Positions 58,958-64,000 of a stretch of 64,000 nucleotides of DNA are shown here, piece by piece. The DNA comes from Candidatus Dojkabacteria bacterium (GTDB lineage Bacteria; Patescibacteriota; Dojkabacteria; B142; WJKM01), in the NCBI GenBank assembly GCA_014729085.1, contig WJKM01000023.1, forward strand, positions 13,648 to 77,647. The letters are read 5' to 3'. Within the stretch, counting starts at the first letter, position 1; every line of letters starts with the position of its first letter. The notes beneath the pieces were generated by a model. The model was not told the DNA's origin, ran no database searches, and was given only the letters and a program-made list of their open reading frames with translations. The position numbers and the translations under genes were made by a program.

Positions 58958-58986
58958 TATAACCTACTCCTAGGGTATAGGTTACT
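58958..58986. promoter_or_regulatory. Candidate CsoR operator (GC-containing pseudo-palindrome) in the csoR/hpf divergent intergenic region
   Basis: ataACCTACTCCTAGGGTATAGGTtac centred on CCTAGG; the minus-strand reading ATACCCTAGGAGTAGGT resembles the B. subtilis-type CsoR site as recalled from memory, not checked against a reference; 20-48 nt upstream of the csoR start. Confidence 0.3.
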
Positions 58987-59072
58987 ATGTTCATTTAAAA
59001 TTGTCAAGATTATTTTACGAAAAAAAAATTTACTGTTAAGATTAAAATATATTACTTTTTAAATTAAACGTT

Positions 59073-59381
59073 ATGAAGATTACCATCAATCCAAAAAACT
59101 TTGATCTTGATGAAAAAACTAAACAACTTGTAAACGACAGACTTGCAGAAGGTCTCGACCATCTTCTAAGGGACTTTGACCCTAATTTGTTAAATGCCAC
59201 AGTTAAAATTGAACAGTTTCAAAGACATGGATATCAGGTAAATTTTAGTATGAGTCTTCCGGGAAACAAACAAATTTTTGCAAAGGAAGAAGACGACAAA
59301 CTCTCTCTAGCCCTATCAAAACTTAGAGAAGATGTAGAGAGACAGCTTGAAACTATTACAGGGAAACTTAAAGATTACTAG
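59073..59381 (+). CDS. hpf: Ribosome hibernation promoting factor / ribosome-associated inhibitor A (short HPF/YfiA)
   Basis: 102 aa; MKITINPKNFDLDEKTKQLVNDRLAEGLDHL matches the HPF/RaiA N-terminal pattern. Confidence 0.6.
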   Translation: MKITINPKNFDLDEKTKQLVNDRLAEGLDHLLRDFDPNLLNATVKIEQFQRHGYQVNFSMSLPGNKQIFAKEEDDKLSLALSKLREDVERQLETITGKLKDY

Positions 59382-59425
59382 TCTGTAATTCCTATTTCAA
59401 TAATTTATTTCTTATTAATCATCAA

Positions 59426-60103
59426 ATGAAGTATAAAATACGCGGTGATGCCTTGCCTATATTAGATATGGAACTTCAAGAGGGAGAATCAGTATTTACC
59501 GAGTCTGGTGGGATGGCTTGGATGAGTCCAAACATCAAAATGGACACAAATATGAAAGGTGGAATTGGAAAATCCCTTGGCAGAATGTTTACAGGTGAAT
59601 CTCTATTTCTTGTAAATTACACATGTGAGAAAGATACCGGTTTAATTTCATTCTGTAATGAATTTCCAGGTAAAATAGTTCCCTTTACTTTAAAGGAGGG
59701 CCAAAGTGTAACATGTCAAAGAGACGCTTTTATGGTAGCTGAAGAATCAATACAATTAAAAACGGTATTTACAAAAAGACTTGGAGCAGGTTTTTTTGGT
59801 GGGGAGGGTTTCTTTTTACAGCAAATATCGGGACCTGGAAATGCTTTTCTGGAATTCTCGGGAGAAATAACTGAGTATACACTGGAAGAAGGACAAACCC
59901 TAAAAGTAGACCCTGGATATATTGGTGCGTTCGAACCAACCATAGATTACAATATCGTCAGAATTAAAGGAATTAAGAATATGTTATTTGGAGGTGAAGG
60001 AATATTTGTTGCCACTTTAACAGGTCCTGGGAAAGTATGGCTTCAAAGTATGCCACTTTCAAACTTAGTTAAAAAAATAGTCCCTTATGTGTCCAAAAAA
60101 TAA
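59426..60103 (+). CDS. AIM24/TIGR00266-family protein (DUF124)
   Basis: 225 aa; MKYKIRGDALPILDMELQEGESVFTESGGMAWMSPNIKMDT and Gly-rich beta repeats typical of this family. Confidence 0.45.
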   Translation: MKYKIRGDALPILDMELQEGESVFTESGGMAWMSPNIKMDTNMKGGIGKSLGRMFTGESLFLVNYTCEKDTGLISFCNEFPGKIVPFTLKEGQSVTCQRDAFMVAEESIQLKTVFTKRLGAGFFGGEGFFLQQISGPGNAFLEFSGEITEYTLEEGQTLKVDPGYIGAFEPTIDYNIVRIKGIKNMLFGGEGIFVATLTGPGKVWLQSMPLSNLVKKIVPYVSKK

Positions 60104-60359
60104 AGCCGGAAATAACTTAGCACGATTTTTAATAGGTCTATTCTTATTTTGTATTTTTGGTTTAATCGCATTAATAACATTATTTTTCCTAACACCAGTA
60201 TTACTTTCTTCGTTTATGGTGTTTGTTATAATCTTTGGATTTATTGATTTAATCGTTCTAGTAGCTTCGGTTATAGCCTTTATCTGGTACTTAACCAGAG
60301 ATGAGCCACCTATAGGGAAAAAAACAAACTACTCAATAAAACAAGGTACAGAAATATAG
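60087..60359 (+). CDS. Small membrane protein
   Basis: 90 aa with two TM helices; overlaps the upstream stop by 17 nt. Confidence 0.35.
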   Translation: MCPKNKAGNNLARFLIGLFLFCIFGLIALITLFFLTPVLLSSFMVFVIIFGFIDLIVLVASVIAFIWYLTRDEPPIGKKTNYSIKQGTEI

Positions 60360-60366
60360 TAAGCAT

Positions 60367-60960
60367 ATGATTACTCCAAAAAGAAAACAAAGAATAAAAG
60401 ACATAATCTCCCAAAGACAAAAAGGTCTTACAGTCATTTTTGAAGATATATACGACCCCCACAATGCTGCTGCAGTGCTCAGAACTTGCGATGGCTTTGG
60501 AATACAAAAAGTGTGCTTTATATTTGACAAACAGAAATCATTTAATCCCAGGAAAATTGGGAAAGTTTCCTCCTCTTCAGCAAATAAATGGCTGGATTTC
60601 TATAAATACAAATCAACACATAAATGCTATGAAGATCTAAGAGAAAAAGGGTATAAGATAATAGCAACTATTCTTGACGAAGAATCTGAAAATATATTCA
60701 CTTCGAGTTTTACTGAAGAAAAGCTAGCTTTAGTATTTGGTAATGAACATACAGGCCTTTCTAAGTCAGCTAGAAAACTAGCTGATAGAAAACTCCACAT
60801 ACCGATGAACGGATTTGTACAAAGTCTTAATTTATCTGTAACTGCGGCTATTTGTATCTTTGAAGTTACAAGGCAAAGATTAAACTTAAAAAACAAGACT
60901 GATTTTACAATTTCTAAAAATAGGCAGAGAGAGTTGTATGAAAAATTTATTGAAAAATAA
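60367..60960 (+). CDS. trmH: SpoU/TrmH-family RNA 2'-O-methyltransferase
   Basis: SPOUT motifs LVFGNEHTGLS and IPMNGFVQSLNLSVTAAICIF. Confidence 0.75.
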   Translation: MITPKRKQRIKDIISQRQKGLTVIFEDIYDPHNAAAVLRTCDGFGIQKVCFIFDKQKSFNPRKIGKVSSSSANKWLDFYKYKSTHKCYEDLREKGYKIIATILDEESENIFTSSFTEEKLALVFGNEHTGLSKSARKLADRKLHIPMNGFVQSLNLSVTAAICIFEVTRQRLNLKNKTDFTISKNRQRELYEKFIEK

Positions 60961-60989
60961 TTTCCTTATTCCTTTGCACATAACTCATT

Positions 60990-61502
60990 TTATAAGTCTC
61001 TATAATATCTCACTTCCTTCAACTGAAAATTTGCTTTTTTGAATATTTTTTGTTTCCCTTCAATCATCCAACCTAATTTCTCATACCAAACACTTGTTTT
61101 CAAATTATCTTTCAAAACCCATAATATAGCTCGTTGATAACCCTCTTTCTTTAAAAAAACAACCGCCCTTTTCATTAACTTGGTCCCTATCCCCTGATTC
61201 ATATGATTTTGATCTACATAAATAGACCAAATTTCCCCAGTCTCACTATTACAGTCTTGATCTCTGCAATATCCTACAAAACAGAATCCAACTACTTTCT
61301 TGTCTTTTTCAGCAACAAATGTCTGTGTTCCTTTCTCCTCCTTGTAAATTATTTCCTTCCATTTCTTCCTCCGTTTCTTTTTAGATAAATTCAATAAAAA
61401 TTCCTGAGGCATTATTCGGTTATATGCAAACTGCCAAGTTTCGACATGAATTTTTGCTATTTCTTTATAATCTTTAAGACTAGCAGGTCTAATTAGAATC
61501 AT
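60990..61502 (-). CDS. GNAT-family N-acetyltransferase
   Basis: Acetyl-CoA motif A QGIGTKLMKRAV; start placed at ATG 61502 (MILIRPAS...) rather than the upstream GTG, to avoid overlap with the protease gene. Confidence 0.7.
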   Translation of the reverse strand: MILIRPASLKDYKEIAKIHVETWQFAYNRIMPQEFLLNLSKKKRRKKWKEIIYKEEKGTQTFVAEKDKKVVGFCFVGYCRDQDCNSETGEIWSIYVDQNHMNQGIGTKLMKRAVVFLKKEGYQRAILWVLKDNLKTSVWYEKLGWMIEGKQKIFKKANFQLKEVRYYRDL

Positions 61503-61527
61503 GATTTGTATAAAATCAGTTATTACA

Positions 61528-63828
61528 TTATTCTTCTTTCTCAGCCTGGAAATCTCCTGTGGCACTCCCACCCTCACCACTGAAGCTCATTGTACCCTCA
61601 AGTCGATCTTCTTTTATACTTCCCTCTGCTTCTACATTTCCATTAACCGTCTGAGTTAACTGTGCCTTGTATTCTGGAGGTATTAAGTTCTCATAACCAG
61701 CTGGTGGATGGGTAGTACTGGTACTGGTATATGTGCCTTCTGTTGTAAAATTTCCACTTTCATCTACTATACCTGAAGATTTGGAATTTGTATCATATGT
61801 GGAACTCATTTCCATACCTTGTATTCCAAAATCCAGACTTCCTTGTTTAGCAAAACTAATTTCAACATTATTTTCCTCATCAATAATTACTGCAATTTCT
61901 ATATTTACGTCCTTTTGGGTGACTACTGAATAATTTGGAAGTACTACGTTCAAATTGCCTTTGTAAATACCTTCAAAATTGTTGTCCGGGCTTAGGACTA
62001 AACGAGAGCATGCCTGGCTGTCTTTTCTTGTAAACAATAATTGGGCACTCTTGTCTTTTGCAGGAAATGAAAAGCCCCATTCCAAAGTAGTTGACTTATC
62101 TATATTTCTAACTGAGGAACCACCTAATGTTCCGTCTCCATTTAAATCAACTGTGATTTCCGTCCCCTCTTTTCTTACGGCATGTATTATGGCGTCAATT
62201 TCAAATGACAAGGGGTCATTCTTCACAGGTTCTGCAAATACTTGAATAGAGCCAATTTTTTCAAGAAAATCCTTACTAATATTTTCCGGTCTTTGATCTT
62301 CTGGTAACTCACTTAAAACCTGCAGAATAGCCTTATCGATTCTTAAGACTTTTCCTCCAATTTTTTCATCTACTTGTTTAATACGTTCACTTACGTTGGG
62401 ATTGGATATTTCCGTATCTGCAGATTCAACAAGAATCCTTTTTACATCCATAGCAGATAACTTTGGATTAATTGATTTTAATAAAGCTGCTGCTGCTGCA
62501 ACCTGAGGTGCTGAAAAACTTGTCCCGCTATTAGTAACTAATTCCCCATTTTTATCAATTGCAACGGGTACGTCTACTCCGACTGTTGAAAGAGTAACTT
62601 CTCCTCCGCCATTTGTATAATTACTGAATTTGGCCTTATCTCCATTTTTATCTAACGCTCCTGCAGTTATTAAGTTTGGTGCTTTAATGCCTCCAACTGT
62701 GCGATTATTGCTAGTAATTTCTTTATTATGATTTCCAGCAGAAGCCACAAAAACAACCTCCGGATGCTCTACTTCCATTCTCTTCAAAAATTTTTTGTAT
62801 ATATTTGAAATCCCCTCACTAGTATGATCAGGATCTGTACCAAATGACATATTAATCACCTTTGCCCCGCTCTCGATCTGTCTGTAAATATCATTAAATG
62901 CCTTTACTGAATAATTTGTGCCATAATAATTAATGTGAGCCGGATCTTTAGGGTCAAGCGTTGCAATTTGAGTATACTCATCGTCTGAGGTAAAGGTGTT
63001 TGCAACCGAAATTTCAAGTTTTTCTTCGAGACCGCCAGCAATGCCTACAACCCCATAATTTCCCCAATCACCACCTATAATATGGGCAACCTCTGTTCCA
63101 TGATTATAACCAGAAGAACTTGCACTCACTAACTCATCAGTAGATTCTAGCCCTTTTATCTTTACTTTACCTCCAATCTCTTTGGAATTCTTATCCAGCG
63201 CCTGATCGACAACTCCCACATGAACCTTATTTAATTTAACTCCACTGGCACGAATATACTGCCACGCTTTCTCAAGCCCAATAACATCATAAGGTATGGA
63301 ACTTGTCCCTACGGTGTAAAAATCTCCCATAACCGAACATGGCTTACCTTCAATCTCATCAATTTCTAAGGGAATATCTGGAGTAACATCTTCAACTATT
63401 TCATTATTATTAAACTCTTCAATATATACGTTCAAACCTTCTTCTGTTGCTGCTGGAATTTCTACCTGATACAAATTCACAAATTCGAATTCTCCTACAA
63501 TGTTTCCCTGAAATTCAGGAAGTATTTTCTCCAATTCTTCTCTGGTAGAGTTTTCTTTCAACATGACTAAGAGATAATTTATCGGCACATCTCCCCAGGA
63601 TTCTGTTTCTACGATGTTAAAGTTATTAACTTTTTTATAGGAATAATTCCCTAAGTCGACCGAATCTTTGGTTTGAGTTTGTCCGATTTGCTTATCTTTT
63701 AGCCCAAAAACTCCTAAAACACAAATTACTAAAATACAAAGCAAACCAATTGAACATATCAAAAGATATTTAAAAGTATTATTTTTCTTACTTTGATTTC
63801 TTTTCATTGAGGTAGTGTTTTCTTCCAT
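61528..63828 (-). CDS. Subtilisin-like serine protease (peptidase S8), membrane-anchored, with C-terminal extension
   Basis: N-terminal TM; catalytic triad Asp (VGVVDQALD), His (HGTEVAHIIGG), Ser (GTSFSAPQVAAAAALL). Confidence 0.85.
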   Translation of the reverse strand: MEENTTSMKRNQSKKNNTFKYLLICSIGLLCILVICVLGVFGLKDKQIGQTQTKDSVDLGNYSYKKVNNFNIVETESWGDVPINYLLVMLKENSTREELEKILPEFQGNIVGEFEFVNLYQVEIPAATEEGLNVYIEEFNNNEIVEDVTPDIPLEIDEIEGKPCSVMGDFYTVGTSSIPYDVIGLEKAWQYIRASGVKLNKVHVGVVDQALDKNSKEIGGKVKIKGLESTDELVSASSSGYNHGTEVAHIIGGDWGNYGVVGIAGGLEEKLEISVANTFTSDDEYTQIATLDPKDPAHINYYGTNYSVKAFNDIYRQIESGAKVINMSFGTDPDHTSEGISNIYKKFLKRMEVEHPEVVFVASAGNHNKEITSNNRTVGGIKAPNLITAGALDKNGDKAKFSNYTNGGGEVTLSTVGVDVPVAIDKNGELVTNSGTSFSAPQVAAAAALLKSINPKLSAMDVKRILVESADTEISNPNVSERIKQVDEKIGGKVLRIDKAILQVLSELPEDQRPENISKDFLEKIGSIQVFAEPVKNDPLSFEIDAIIHAVRKEGTEITVDLNGDGTLGGSSVRNIDKSTTLEWGFSFPAKDKSAQLLFTRKDSQACSRLVLSPDNNFEGIYKGNLNVVLPNYSVVTQKDVNIEIAVIIDEENNVEISFAKQGSLDFGIQGMEMSSTYDTNSKSSGIVDESGNFTTEGTYTSTSTTHPPAGYENLIPPEYKAQLTQTVNGNVEAEGSIKEDRLEGTMSFSGEGGSATGDFQAEKEE

Positions 63829-63967
63829 TAGGCTTATATAAAAGATAATATGGTAGTATCAGAATAACATAAACAATTTGGAGTAATAAATAGCCACTTT
63901 TTTTAATAATTTTCAGGAGGAATACTGATTATATGAATCCATAATTATATAAAAACGAGGAGAATCA

Positions 63968-64000
63968 ATGATTAGTAAGCTTAAGGGCAGGGTTAGAATT
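63968..64000 (+). CDS. Start of a CDS truncated by the window end (MISKLKGRVRI...), possibly ruvA-like
   Basis: GAGGAG RBS 6 nt upstream of ATG 63968; the N-terminus resembles the RuvA start (MI..LkG.v) but only 11 codons are visible. Confidence 0.25.
   Translation, partial: MISKLKGRVRI

Noticed and set aside
1-64000. Possible alternative genetic code (UGA recoding, as in some uncultivated low-GC lineages)
   Set aside because: Long conserved genes (pnp, recA, copA, helicase) are intact under the standard code and several terminate at TGA. Reassigning UGA does not rescue the split Nudix gene.
1-64000. CRISPR arrays, tRNA/rRNA genes, transposases/integrases, prophage hallmarks
   Set aside because: No regularly spaced direct repeats, no tRNA-like cloverleaf signatures (for example GGTTCGA T-loops in intergenic DNA) and no DDE or tyrosine recombinase motifs were seen by eye. 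Cannot be excluded without a computational scan.

Overview
Scope and caveats: all calls rest on motifs read by eye from the ORF track and the raw sequence; no database search was run. The window is a 64 kb, AT-rich (roughly one-third GC) bacterial chromosomal segment with compact, mostly operonic gene packing. About 65 protein-coding genes are called. No rRNA, tRNA, CRISPR array, transposase or integrase was recognised. TGA is used as a stop (for example at the end of the UvrD-like helicase), so the standard genetic code applies.

Housekeeping genes: secG, orphan parB, RNase Y (rny), PNPase (pnp), MurJ-like flippase, a holA-like DNA polymerase III delta subunit, recA, a UvrD/PcrA-type helicase, a SpoU/TrmH methyltransferase and a ribosome hibernation factor. 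Lineage is uncertain; rny plus S-layer-homology (SLH) proteins suggest a monoderm-like, possibly uncultivated low-GC lineage.

Accessory and unusual content, in window order:
1. A PPDK-like PEP-utilizing enzyme that lacks the N-terminal ATP-grasp domain.
2. A 1089-aa surface protein with an internal Hint (intein-like) domain and Cys-rich modules.
3. A fused HEPN-nucleotidyltransferase protein.
4. A bactofilin-like beta-helical domain fused to a polytopic membrane domain.
5. Two ECF sigma factor/anti-sigma pairs. One sits directly upstream of tandem paralogous SLH-anchored proteins, including an SLH-DsbA fusion.
6. A PHP-domain plus zinc-finger protein resembling endonuclease Q.
7. A peroxiredoxin plus desulfoferrodoxin pair.
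8. A tryptophanase-family lyase, Cys-rich small protein and SAM methyltransferase operon.
9. A frameshifted Nudix gene.
10. A small ORF of atypical composition with its own RBS and terminator.
11. An unannotated 50-codon ribbon-helix-helix ORF.
12. A Cys-rich-repeat zinc metalloprotease.
13. A copper-homeostasis island on the minus strand: csoR, a small Cys membrane protein, an HMA-membrane-cupredoxin-Cys/Gly-tail fusion, an FMN reductase and copA, with a candidate CsoR operator.

Several Rho-independent terminators can be seen directly in the sequence.
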